The notes beneath the pieces are model-generated. The model worked only from the letters and a program-made list of their open reading frames with translations, did not search any database and was not told the DNA's origin. 43,163 nt of DNA, from positions 1-43,163 of the forward strand of contig JAUCBJ010002965.1 of the NCBI GenBank assembly GCA_032718475.1. The letters run 5' to 3'. Origin of the DNA: Nemertoderma westbladi (Eukaryota; Animalia; Xenacoelomorpha). Below, piece after piece: positions 12,352-25,298 of the stretch. The position numbers were made by a program, and so were the translations under genes. Within the stretch, counting starts at the first letter, position 1. Each line of letters opens with the position of its first letter.

Positions 12352-12777
12352 CACTTGAGTTTAAACGGGATCCCGATCCCAAAAAATCGGGATCCCGGTG
12401 AAAAATTCAACCCCGATCCTGATCCCGACTTTATTTTGGGAAGAGATCCCGAAGTATAAATAGTGAAGTAAATTTATTGAAAAGCCGATGAATAGTTGTA
12501 CCAATTTAGAACACCGTATTAACTACATCGAATTTCGGATTATTGGATGTCAGTAAACCATCCAGCAATCAACTACTGTATAAATCAATTTTAATATAAT
12601 TTTATCTTACTAATATTTCAGCAGTGTGAAAAAAAAGCGATATAATTTTGCCAAAAACCCGTTTTTTACTAACACAGAAATATATCCCGATCCGATCCCG
12701 GAAATCGGGATCCCGAGAGTGGTAATCCCGGTCCCGATTCCGGAAATTCCGAAAAGTCTGATCCTGTTTAAACACTA
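12352..12777. mobile_element. hAT-like MITE
   Basis: Imperfect TIR (GTTTAAACGGGATC / GATCCTGTTTAAAC), subterminal GATCCCG/CGGGATC clusters at both ends, near-matching 8-bp flanks TTAATAGG / ATAATAGG. Confidence 0.6.
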
Positions 12778-13258
12778 ATAATAGGCATCAGTGTTAATCA
12801 TCGACTCGATATCAATGTTGTCTATCCACCGAATAGGAGGAATTACTTAGATTGCAATCACTTAAAACGAAAGGCCTGTATAACGTTACAATGGGTAAGG
12901 GTAACCACTTTAACATACATTTTGTCTTTGTCGATGAGTAAATACAAACAAAAAACAAACAAACATGTAGCAAACGAATATACCAGTATGGAATTCTGCC
13001 TGTTCGGGTAAAATAACAATTTATTTACAAATAAATATCAATCAATTATTCACAATAAAATGCTAGAAATGTCACAAAATGAAATCACAGTAATCTCTAA
13101 GTTTAATGGAGAACGCAGAGGGAGGGGGGGGGGGGGGGGGGGGGGTCGTCTTAACGCAAATTCCAATCTCGGAATGGTCAGGTTACAGTGCCACGTTATT
13201 CTAACAAAAATTATAAACGAAAATCAGTTGAACAGCTTACTTCCCAAACGGAGCATTC

Positions 13259-13599
13259 ATCTACACATTCCGAATCTAAAACCGCTTTAAATTTCACCAA
13301 AAATTACCAAGATATTATCAAAATACAAACTAAAGGTGTAAATTTAGAGACGTAAATCGCTATAATTCTAATGTTTTTTGTCTTTATTCTAGAATACTAA
13401 TTATTATTTCGTTGAGCTTTTAAAACTCTCATCTGATTTCTTCATTACGCGTAATTAATATTTACAGAATTGAGTAAAAAAAAAACAATAATATAATTAT
13501 AGCGATTTACAACTCAAAATGTACACCTTAGTGTTTTGATAATATCTCTGGCAATTTTGGTGAAATTTAAAATGGTTTTCAGATTCGGAATCTGCAGAT
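13259..13599. repeat. Long imperfect inverted repeat (fold-back/MITE)
   Basis: 13259-13367 is the reverse complement, with mismatches and indels, of 13495-13599; AT-rich spacer of about 130 bp. Confidence 0.8.
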
Positions 13600-14427
13600 A
13601 TGACGGCGGATCTAATGATATCTAGATTTCATTACAAAGACGAAAAATAAAGACGACTGATGTAGCTAAATATTTCGAAAAAGGCGTTTTTCTATCGGCT
13701 TGTTGTATCGAAATAGCTCAGAAATTGAAAAATCCTGCCAGGCCAGCAGTTCGTAGCATATGATTGGAATTTGAAAAAAATCAGATCACAATATGACAGA
13801 CACTCACTTTGAACCGAAACTTATGTTTAGCCACTTGAACATATTCTTTTCTCTAATTATTCCGAATTTTCACGTAATTTTAAATTTAAATTATGTCTAG
13901 GCCTAATTAGAACGTTTTTAAGCAAACTTTATCAAATTAAGCAAAAATGGGCTGTATTAATAAAAACTTACTTATTGTTTGGTGGAATTTGACAATTTCT
14001 TGGTGGAATGTCTTAAATTTTATTATAAGTGTTGAAAGAGCAAGCATTAGGAGTTGAAGAGTACAATAATTTGAATCGCAGAAACTATGGAAGTAATATA
14101 GTTAAATACTACAGTGTAATTTATTTTGTAACACCATATCGCTGTATCTTTTATTAAAGAATTGAGTAACAACAAAAAAAGATGAAAAAACGTGTACAAA
14201 AGTTCTACTTTTTTCCCCGATGTAATAAATAATTATTATTGCTTTTGATAGCATAAAAAATACCATTTGATTATGTTTAAATACTTACAAATGCTGGTTA
14301 ATAGTGTAAACAGACCAAGTTTAATAAAGGTTTAAAGGTGACATTTAATATATTGTGTAATAACTATGACCCAAATGGAACAGCGCCGTTGGATGGAACA
14401 GCGACTAACTTTTAATGTTTTTGGCCC

Positions 14428-14603
14428 ATTCTTATTGTTCCCCGCCCAGATATCTCCAATTCTCAGTGTTCCCCACCCAGGATATCTCCAATTCTTATTG
14501 TCCCCCGCCCGGATATCTCCAATTCTTATTGTTCCCCACCCAGATATCTCCAATTCTTATTGTTCCCCACCCAGATATCTCCAATTCTTATTGTTCCCCA
14601 CCC
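14428..14603. repeat. 31-bp tandem repeat (~5.5 copies) spanning the IFT43 stop codon
   Basis: Unit CTTATTGTTCCCCACCCAGATATCTCCAATT starting at 14431, 14462, 14494, 14525, 14556 and 14587 (partial). Confidence 0.95.
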
Positions 14604-14815
14604 ACCAATCCAAGGTTCTCCCATTCTGTCTGCAACTCGGAAGATATTTCAGTAAATAAGGTGTTCCAGTCCCAAGGGCTGTCCTTCTCTTCCAACTCAG
14701 ACAGGGACGCCATGTTGTTACTTAGAAGTTTAATATCAACATCTTCCAGGATTGTGAGGGCTGGTTGTCGAATCAAATCATCGTCAAGTTCACGATAGGT
14801 TGCTACGCGGTTTAC
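14588..14815 (-). CDS. IFT43: IFT43 coding exon 3 (last)
   Basis: tttcattgtttccag acceptor, phase 0. VNRVATYRELDDDL...VDIKLL...WDWNTLFTEISSELQTEW matches the IFT43 C-terminus (human RVMTYRDLDNDL...WDWDHLFTEVSSE, from memory). Confidence 0.92.
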   Translation of the reverse strand, partial: VNRVATYRELDDDLIRQPALTILEDVDIKLLSNNMASLSELEEKDSPWDWNTLFTEISSELQTEWENLGLVGGEQ

Positions 14816-15058
14816 CTGGAAACAATGAAATAAACGGCTTTACAAAATAAATAATTTCCAATAATCAGGGAAATAAACAGTTTACATAGGAACAGGGAAA
14901 TAAACGGATTTACAAAAGAAATAATTTCAAATAAACAGGGAAATATATACGTGTTGAAATGGGAATATGGACATAATCAGTTTACTTAGGAATGTGGAAA
15001 TGAACAGTTTACTTAAGTACAGGGAAATAAACAGTTTACTTAGGAATGGGGAAATAAA

Positions 15059-15631
15059 TGCCTTCGAATGCCTTCTTGAAGTCCACAAAAGTCATGACTG
15101 CGGGGAGATTCTTTGACTTAATTCCTTCAATCAGTCTCCGTAGTGCAAGTATCTGAGCTATTGTTGATCTACTTGGTCGAAATCCGTTTTATGTGAGGCC
15201 TAATCCTATATAGAATCATTTTATTGTATATTTTGGCAGCTACCACAAGCAGACAGATCCCACGATAGTTTGTTGGTATGCCGAGATCTCCTTTCTTGGG
15301 GAAAGGCTTTAGTTGATCTTTAGTCCAAATTGGTGGTGGCTTTTCCCCTTTTAACATCCGGTTGCAAACATTCAATAATGGTCTGTTTAGCACTCCGGTT
15401 TTCCATACCTCCGCTGGGATTTCATCTAATCCACTCGCTCTATTATTGGACATGCTTTTAATGCTTCTTTGGAGTTCGGCAGGTGTGAAGTCCACTGTCT
15501 CTATAGGTAGTGTCTTGTCATATATGTTCCTTGTAGGGCTGACCTCGATGTTTGGTGGCTGCCCAAGCAAGTTGCTGAAGTGATTTTTCCACTTCCCAAC
15601 ACGTTCTTCAGGACTATCGGCTTTGAGGCCG
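15059..15631 (-). mobile_element. Internal RTE-clade RT fragment inserted in the satellite
   Basis: NNRASGLDEIPAEVWK, PFPKKGDLGIPTNYRGI, then GFRP...QILALRRLIEG...FVDFKKAF after a 23-bp deletion. Confidence 0.88.
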
Positions 15632-18600
15632 ATTTACTTAGGAATAGGGAAATAAACAGTTTACTTAGTAATAAAGAAATAAACAGTTTACTTAGGAACA
15701 GGGAAATAAACAGTTTACTTAGGAATAGGGCAATAAACAGTTTACTTAGTAATAAGGAAATAAACAGTTTACTTAGGAATAGGGCAATAAACAGTTTACT
15801 TAGTAATAAGGAAATAAACAGTTTACTTAGGAATAGGGAAATAAACAGTTTACTTAGGAATAGGGAAATAAACAGTTTACTTAGTAATAGGGAAATAAAC
15901 AGTTTACTTAGGAATAGGGAAATAAACAGTTTACTTAGGAACAGGGAAATAAACAGTTTACTTAGTAATAGGGAAATAAATAGTTTACTTAGGAACAGGG
16001 AAATAAATAGTTTACTTAGTAATAGGGAAATAAATAGTTTACTTAGTAATAGGGAAATAAACAGTTTACTTAGGAATGGGGAAATAAACAGTTTACTTAG
16101 TAATAGGGAAATAAACAGTTTACTTAGGAATATGGAAACAGTTTACTTAGGAACAGGGAAATAAACAGTTTACTTAGTAATAGGGAAATAAATAGTTTAC
16201 TTAGGAATATGGAAATATACAGTTTACTTAGGAACAGGAAAATAAACAGTTTATTTAGGAACAGGAAAATAAACAGTTTACTTAGTAATAGGGAAATAAA
16301 CAGTTTACATAGTAATAGGGGAATAAACATTTTACTTAGTAATAGGGAAATAAATAGTTTACTCAGGAACAGGAAAATAAACAGTTTACTTAGGAATAGG
16401 GAAATAAACATTTTACCTAGGGAAATAAACAGTTTACTTAGGTATAGGGAAATAAACAGTTTACTTAGTAATAGGGAAATAAACAGTTTACATAGTAATA
16501 GGGAAATAAACAGTTTACTTAGGAATAGGGAAATAAATAGTTTACTTAGGAATATGGAAATATGCAGTTTACTTAGGAATAGGGAAATAAACAGTTTACT
16601 TAGTAATAGGGAAATAAACAGTTTACATAGTAATAGGGAAATAAACAGTTTACTTAGTAATAGGGAAATAAACAGTTTACATAGTAATAGGGAAATAAAC
16701 AGTTTACTTAGGAATAGGGAAATAAATAGTTTACTTAGGAACAGGAAAATAAACAGTTTATTTAGGAACAGGAAAATAAACAGCTTACTTAGTAATAGGG
16801 AAATAAACAGTTTACATAGTAATAGGAAATAAATAGTTTACTTAGGAACAGGAAAATAAACAGTTTACTTAGGAATAGGGAAATAAACATTTTACCTAGG
16901 GAAATAAACAGTTTACTTAGGTATAGGGAAATAAACAGTTTACTTAGTAATAGGGAAATAAACAGTTTACATAGTAATAGGGAAATAAACAGTTTACTTA
17001 GTAATAGGGAAATAAATAGTTTACTCAGGAACAGGAAAATAAACAGTTTACTTAGGAATAGGGAAATAAACATTTTACCTAGGGAAATAAACAGTTTACT
17101 TAGGTATAGGGAAATAAACAGTTTACTTAGGAATAGGGAAATAAACATTTTACCTAGGGAAATAAACAGTTTACTTAGGTATAGGGAAATAAACAGTTTA
17201 CTTAGTAATAGGGAAATAAACAGTTTACATAGTAATAGGGAAATAAACAGTTTACTTAGGAATATGGAAATATACAGTTTACTTAGGAACAGGAAAATAA
17301 ACAGTTTATTTAGGAACAGGAAAATAAACAGTTTACTTAGTAATAGGGAAATAAACAGTTTACATAGTAATAGGGGAATAAACATTTTACTTAGTAATAG
17401 GGAAATAAATAGTTTACTCAGGAACAGGAAAATAAACAGTTTACTTAGGAATAGGGAAATAAACATTTTACCTAGGGAAATAAACAGTTTACTTAGGTAT
17501 AGGGAAATAAACAGTTTACTTAGTAATAGGGAAATAAACAGTTTACATAGTAATAGGGAAATAAACAGTTTACTTAGGAATAGGGAAATAAATAGTTTAC
17601 TTAGGAATATGGAAATATGCAGTTTACTTAGGAACAGGAAAATAAACAGTTTATTTAGGAACAGGAAAATAAACAGCTTACTTAGTAATAGGGAAATAAA
17701 CAGTTTACATAGTAATAGGAAATAAATAGTTTACTTAGGAACAGGAAAATAAACAGTTTACTTAGGAATAGGGAAATAAACATTTTACCTAGGGAAATAA
17801 ACAGTTTACTTAGGTATAGGGAAATAAACAGTTTACTTAGTAATAGGGAAATAAACAGTTTACATAGTAATAGGGAAATAAACAGTTTACTTAGTAATAG
17901 GGAAATAAATAGTTTACTCAGGAACAGGAAAATAAACAGTTTACTTAGGAATAGGGAAATAAACATTTTACCTAGGGAAATAAACAGTTTACTTAGGTAT
18001 AGGGAAATAAACAGTTTACTTAGTAATAGGGAAATAAACAGTTTACATAGTAATAGGGAAATATTCAGTTTACTTAGTAATAGGGAAATAAATAGTTTAC
18101 TCAGGAACAGGAAAATAAACAGTTTACTTAGGAATAGGGAAATAAACATTTTACCTAGGGAAATAAACAGTTTACTTAGGTATAGGGAAATAAACAGTTT
18201 ACTTAGTAATAGGGAAATAAACAGTTTACATAGTAATAGGGAAATAAACAGTTTACTTAGTAATAGGGAAATAAATAGTTTACTCAGGAACAGGAAAATA
18301 AACAGTTTACTTAGGAATAGGGAAATAAACATTTTACCTAGGGAAATAAACAGTTTACTTAGGTATAGGGAAATAAACAGTTTACTTAGTAATAGGGAAA
18401 TAAACAGTTTACATAGTAATAGGGAAATAAACAGTTTACTTAGTAATAGGGAAATAAATAGTTTACTCAGGAACAGGAAAATAAACAGTTTACTTAGGAA
18501 TAGGGAAAAAAACATTTTACCTAGGGAAATAAACAGTTTACATAGGTATAGGGAAATAAACAGTTTACTTAGTACTAGGGAAATAAACAGTTTACATAGT

Positions 18601-21600
18601 AATAGGGAAATAAACAGTTTACTTAGTAATAGGGAAATAAATAGTTTACTCAGGAACAGGAAAATAAACAGTTTACTTAGGAATAAGGAAATAAATAGTT
18701 TACTCAGGAACAGGAAAATAAACAGTTTACTTAGGAATAGGGAAATAAATAGTTTACTTAGGAATATGGAAATAAACAGTTTACTTAGGAATAGGGAAAT
18801 AAACAGTTTACTCAGGAACAGGAAAATAAACAGTTTACTTAGGAATAGGGAAATAAATAGTTTACTTAGGAATAGGGAAATAAATAGTTTACTTAGGAAT
18901 AGGGTAATAAACAGTTTAATTAGGAATAGGGAAATAAACAGTTTACTTAGGAACAGGAAAATAAACAGTTTACTTAGGAATAGGGAAATAAACAGTTTAC
19001 TCAGGAACAGGAAAATAAACAGTTTACTTAGGAATAGGGAAATAAATAGTTTACTTAGGAACAGGGAAATAAACAGTTTACTTAGGAACAGGAAAATAAA
19101 CAGTTTACTTAGGAACAGGAAAATAAACAGTTTACTTAGGAACAGGAAAATAAACAGTTTACTTAGGAACAGGAAAATAAACAGTTTACTTAGTAATAGG
19201 GAAATAAATAGTTTACTTAGGAATATGGAAATATACAGTTTACTTAGGAACAGGAAAATAAACAGTATACTTAGGAACAGGAAAATAAACAGTTTACTTA
19301 GTAATAGGGAAATAAATAGTTTACTCAGGAACAGGGAAATAAACAGTTTACTTAGGAACAGGAAAATAAACAGTTTACTTAGTAATAGGGAAATAAATAG
19401 TTTACTTAGGAATAGGGAAATAAATAGTTTACTTAGGAACAGGAAAAAAAACAGTTTACTTAGGAACAGGAAAATAAACTGTTTACTTAGTAATAGGGAA
19501 ATAAATAGTTTACTCAGGAACAGGGAAATAAACAGTTTACTTAGGAACAGGAAAATAAACAGTTTACTTAGTAATAGGGAAATAAATAGTTTACTTAGGA
19601 ATAGGGTAATAAACAGTTTACTTAGGAATAGGGAAATAAATAGTTTACTTAGTAATAGGGAAATAAACAGTTTACTTAGGAACAGGAAAATAAACAGTTT
19701 ACTTAGGAATAGGGAAATAAATAGTTTACTTAGGAACAGGAAAATAAACAGTTTACTTAGTAATAGGGAAATAAATAGTTTACTTAGTAATAGGGAAATA
19801 AATAGTTTACTCAGGAACAGGGAAATAAAGAGTTTACTTAGTAATAGGGAAATAAATAGTTTACTTAGTAATAGGGAAATAAACAGTTTACTTAGGAACA
19901 GGAAAATAAACAGTTTACTTAGGAATAGGGAAATAAATAGTTTACTTAGGAATATGGAAATAAACAGTTTACTTAGGAACAGGAAAATAAACAGTTTACT
20001 TAGGAATAGGGAAATAAATAGTTTACTTAGGAACAGGAAAAAAAACAGTTTACTTAGGAACAGGAAAATAAACAGTTTACTTAGTAATAGGGAAATAAAC
20101 AGTTTACTTAGGAATAGGGAAATAAATAGTTTACTCAGGAACAGGAAAATAAACAGTTTACTTAGTAATAGGGAATTAAATAGTTTACTTAGGAATAGGA
20201 AAATAAACAGTTTACTTAGGAATAGGGAAATAAATAGTTTACTTAGGAACAGGAAAAAAAACAGTTTACATAGGAATAGGGAAATAAATAGTTTACTTAG
20301 GAATATGGAAATAAACAGTTTACTTAGGAACAGGAAAATAAACAGTTTACTTAGGAATAGGGAAATAAATAGTTTACTTAGGAACAGGAAAAAAAACAGT
20401 TTACTTAGGAACAGGAAAATAAACAGTTTACTTAGTAATAGGGAAATAAACAGTTTACTTAGGAATAGGGAAATAAATAGTTTACTCAGGAACAGGAAAA
20501 TAAACAGTTTACATAGTAATAAGGAAATAAATAGTTTACTTAGGAATAGGAAAATAAACAGTTTACTTAGGAATAGGGAAATAAATAGTTTACTTAGGAA
20601 CAGGAAAATAAACAGTTTACTTAGGAACAGGAAAATAAATAGTTTACTTAGGAACAGGAAAATAAACAGTTTACTTAGGAACAGGAAAATAAATAGTTTA
20701 CTTAGGAACAGGAAAAAAAACAGTTTACTTAGGAACAGGAAAATAAACAGTTTACTTAGTAATAGGGAAATAAACAGTTTACTTAGGAATAGGAAAATAA
20801 ACAGTTTACTTAGGAATAGGGAAATAAACAGTTTACTCAGGAATAGGGAAATAAACAGTTTACTAAGTAATAGGGAAATAAACAGTTTACTGAGGAACAG
20901 GGAAATAAACAGTTTACTTAGTAATAGGGAAATAAATAGTTTACTCAGGAACAGGGAAATAAACAGTTTACATAGTAATAGGAAAATAATAGTTTACTCA
21001 GGAACATGGAAATAATTGTTTAAATAGTAATAGGGAAATAAATAGTTTTCTTAGGAATATAGAAATAATTAAATAAACAGTTTACTTAGTAATAGGGAAA
21101 TAAACAGTTTACTTAGGAATAGGGAAATAAACAGTTTACTTAGGAATAGGGAAATAAACAGTTTACTTAGGAATAGGGAAATAAACAGTTTACTTAGGAA
21201 TAGGGAAATAAACAGTTTACTTAGGAATAGGGAAATAAACAGTTTACTTAGGAATAGGGAAATAAACAGTTTACTTAGGAATAGGGAAATAAACAGTTTA
21301 CTTAGGAATAGGGAAATAAACAGTTTACTTAGGAATAGGGAAATAAACAGTTTACTTAGGAATAGGGAAATAAACAGTTTACTTAGGAATAGGGAAATAA
21401 ACAGTTTACTTAGGAATAGGGAAATAAACAGTTTACTTAGGAATAGGGAAATAAACAGTTTACTTAGGAATAGGGAAATAAACAGTTTACTTAGGAATAG
21501 GGCAATAAACAGTTTACTTAATAATAGGGAAATAAACAGTTAACTTAGTAATAGGGAAATAAATAGTTTACTCAGGAACAGGGAAATAAACAGTTTACAT

Positions 21601-21671
21601 AGTAATAGGGAAATAAATTGTTTAATTAGGAATAGAGAAATAAACAGTTTACTTAATAATAGGGAAATAAA

Positions 21672-22271
21672 CTACTACTACTACTAGGATCGGCATGCTG
21701 CATTGCAGCTGCATTTTTAAGAATGCTGTGCGGGCTTATAGTCAAAATTGCAACGCCACAACTCCCTATCACCCATGACATTTGCTAAATCATCCGCATC
21801 TTCAAGGCCAGTGTCCTTTAAGATGCGTCTCAAGAAAGTCAAGGGCTGTCCACCATGCTTATTCACTCCATGAGGCTGCCAAAGTACAAGATTATGCACT
21901 GGCTGGTCCTCACGGCGAAAGCAATGTCCTGCAAAGCGGAGGCGATTTTGTTCTAGTGTCAAGCTTGGGGGAACCAATGAGACACCTCCAATGTTATATA
22001 TAAAATAGTGTCTGGTTGGAGATGTGTGCATTGTACTTGACAGAATAAACCGGGCGTAGCATTCTTGTGAATGTGCCATCCAGAGATTTGGTGTCCTCAG
22101 CAGTTAGAGCCCAGCATGGACTCCCATAGAAGAGTACTGGAACTACTGCTGCTCTAAATAATCGGACCTTAAGTTTCCGATTAATTCTCGGTGACTTCCA
22201 AATCCTGGAAAGCCTATTCAAGGCTGCCCATGCCTTTCCCTTACGTATTCGAAGGTCCTCACCTGATTTCC
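21672..22271 (-). mobile_element. 5'-truncated RTE-clade LINE 3' end with (TAG)n tail
   Basis: RLSRIWKS...LKVRLFRAAVVPVLFYG..W, RLRFAGHCFR, DRELWR; tail tactactactacta on +; GGAAATAAAC on both flanks. Confidence 0.9.
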
Positions 22272-24011
22272 GGAAATAAACAGTTTACTTAGTAACAGGG
22301 AAATAAACAGTTTACTCAGGAACAGGGAAATAAACAGTTTACTCAGGAACAGGGAAATAAACAGTTTACTTAGTAATAGGGAAATAAATAGTTTACTTAG
22401 TAATAGGGAAATAAACATTTTACTCAGGAATAGGGAAATAAACAGTTTACTTAGGAATAGGGAAATAAACAGTTTACTTAATAATAGGGAAATAAACAGT
22501 TTACTCAGGAACAGGAAAATAAACAGTTTACTTAGAAATAGGGAAATAAACAGTTTACTTAGTAATAGGGAAATAAACAGTTTACATAGTAATAGGGAAA
22601 TAAATAGTTTAATTAGGAATAGGGTAATAAACAGTTTACTTGGGAATAGGGAAATAAACAGTTTACTTTAGGAATAGGGTAATAAACAGTTTACTTAGGA
22701 ATAGGGAAATAAATAGTTTACTTAGTAATAGGGAAATAAACAGTTTACTTAGGAATAGGGTAATAAACAGTTTACTTAGTAATAGGGAAATAAACAGTTT
22801 ACTTAGGAATAGGGAAATAAACAGTTTACTCAGGAACAGGAAAATAAACAGTTTACTTAGTAATAGGGAAATAAATAGTTTAATTAGGAATAGGGTAATA
22901 AACAGTTTACTTGGGAATAGGGAAATAAACAGTTTACTTTAGGAATAGGGTAATAAACAGTTTACTTAGGAATAGGGAAATAAATAGTTTACTTAGTAAT
23001 AGGGAAATAAACAGTTTACTTAGGAATAGGGTAATAAACAGTTTACTTAGTAATAGGGAAATAAACAGTTTACTTAGGAATAGGGAAATAAACAGTTTAC
23101 TCAGGAACAGGAAAATAAACAGTTTACTTAGTAATAGGGAAATAAATAGTTTACTCAGGAACAGGGAAATAAACAGTTTACTTTAAGAATAGGGTAATAA
23201 ACAGTTTACTTAGTAATAGGGAAATAAATAGTTTAATTAGGAATAGGGTAATAAACAGTTTACTTGGGAATAGGGAAATAAACAGTTTACTTTAGGAATA
23301 GGGTAATAAACAGTTTACTTAGGAATAGGGAAATAAATAGTTTAATTAGGAATAGGGTAATAAACAGTTTACTTGGGAATAGGGAAATAAACAGTTTACT
23401 TTAGGAATAGGGTAATAAACAGTTTACTTAGGAATAGGGAAATAAATAGTTTACTTAGTAATAGGGAAATAAACAGTTTACTTAGGAATAGGGTAATAAA
23501 CAGTTTACTTAGTAATAGGGAAATAAATAGTTTACTTAGTAATAGGGAAATAAACAGTTTACTTAGGAATAGGGTAATAAACAGTTTACTTAGTAATAGG
23601 GAAATAAACAGTTTACTTAGTAATAGGGAAATAAACAGTTTACTTAGGAATAGGGAAATAAACAGTTTACTTAGGAATAGGGAAATAAATAGTTTACTTA
23701 GTAATAGGGAAATAAACAGTTTACTTAGGAATAGGGTAATAAACAGTTTACTTAGTAATAGGGAAATAAATAGTTTACTTAGTAATAGGGAAATAAACAG
23801 TTTACTTAGGAATAGGGTAATAAACAGTTTACTTAGTAATAGGGAAATAAACAGTTTACTTAGTAATAGGGAAATAAACAGTTTACTTAGGAATAGGGAA
23901 ATAAACAGTTTACTTAGGAATAGGGAAATAAATAGTTTACTTAGTAATAGGGAAATAAATAGTTTACTTAGGAATAGGGAAATAAACAGTTTATTTAGGA
24001 ACAGGGAAATA

Positions 24012-24239
24012 TTTTTTTTTTTTTTTTTTTTTTTTTACTTTACAAGCCTCATTTATTCACAAAATAATAAAAACCTTCAGAAATACAAACACAATTATAG
24101 GCACTATAACAAACAATTAAAAACAGTAATTACAGAAACGCGGGAAATTTAAAAAACAATTGTACAACCACCACCAGCTGTATTTGACGGCTGCCTAGCA
24201 ACCAGATTGCTATTTAAACAGTATGTACTGCTGTACTGT
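24012..24239 (-). mobile_element. Polyadenylated non-coding retro-insertion with 14-bp TSD
   Basis: T25 at 24012-24036, AATAAA (minus strand) at 24052-24057, GGAACAGGGAAATA at 23998-24011 and 24240-24253. Confidence 0.8.
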
Positions 24240-24614
24240 GGAACAGGGAAATATACAGTTTACTTAATAGGGTAATATTATAATAAACAGTTTACTTAGG
24301 AATAGGGTAATAAACAGTTTACTAAGTAATAGGGTAATAAACAGTTTACTTAGTAATAGGGAAATAAACAGTTTACTTAATAGGGTAATAAACAGTTTAC
24401 TTAGGAACAGGGAAATAAACAGTTTACTTAGTAATAGGGAAATAAATAGTTTACTCAGCAACAGGGAAATAAACAGTTTACTTAGGAATAGGGTAATAAA
24501 CAGTTTACTTTTAGTAATAGGGAAATAAACAGTTTACTTAGGATAAACAGTTTACTTAGTAATAGGGAAATAAATAGTTTACTCAGCAACAGGGAAATAA
24601 ACAGTTTACTTAAC

Positions 24615-25298
24615 TACCTTCATATAACATACCTTCATACTAGGAGCCACTGCTAACTGGTGAACAAATAACATACCTTCATACTAGGAGCCATACTGCT
24701 AACTATGGTGAACTAATAACATACCTTCATACTAGGAGCCGCTGCTAACTGGTGAACTAATAACATACCTTCATACTAGGAGCCACTGCTAACTGGTGAA
24801 CTAATAACATACCTTCATACTAGGAGCCACTGCTAACCTGCTAACTGGTGAACTAATAACATACCTTCATACTAGGAGCCACTGCTAACTGGTGAACTAA
24901 TAACATACCTTCATACTAGGAGCCACTGCTAACTGGTGAACTAATAACATACCTTCATACTAGGAGACACTGCTAACTGGTTAACTAATAACATACCTTA
25001 ATACTAGGAGCCACTGCTAACTGGTGAACAAATAACATACCTTCATACTAGGAGCCACTGCTAACTATGGTGAACTAATAAGATACCTTCATACTAGGAG
25101 CCGCTGCTAACTGGTGAACTAATAACATACCTTCATACTAGGAGCCACTGCTAACTGGTGAACAAATAACATACCTTCATACGAGGATCCACTGCTAACT
25201 GGTGAACTAATAACATACCTTCATACTAGGAGCCACTGCTAACTGGTGAACTAATAACATACCTTCATACTAGGAGCCACTGCTAACTGGTTAACTAA
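24615..25298. repeat. 44-bp tandem array (~15 copies) of the IFT43 exon-2 3' end plus donor site
   Basis: Minus-strand unit TTAGTTCACCAGTTAGCAGTGGCTCCTAGTATGAAG|GTATGTTA. Confidence 0.95.

Larger units (their letters stand above)
14816..24612. repeat. 27-bp satellite array filling IFT43 intron 2, interrupted by three insertions
   Basis: Consensus AGGAATAGGGAAATAAACAGTTTACTT, roughly 300 copies; degenerate copies at 14816-15058. Confidence 0.97.

Noticed and set aside
15580-21015. Long ORFs of NREINSLLR / LFISLLLSK repeats (up to 749 aa)
   Set aside because: By-product of a 27-bp stop-free monomer; open on both strands, broken by indels, and inside an IFT43 intron.
21672-22271. This RTE 3' end and the 15059-15631 fragment as one element split by the satellite
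   Set aside because: The order is not collinear on the minus strand (the 3' end comes first) and this piece has its own flanking duplication.
15632-24612. Telomeric repeat (TTAGG within the monomer)
   Set aside because: TTAGG occurs once per 27-mer and never as a tandem run.
24615-25298. CRISPR-like array
   Set aside because: Head-to-tail repeats with no unique spacers, no cas genes, eukaryotic context.
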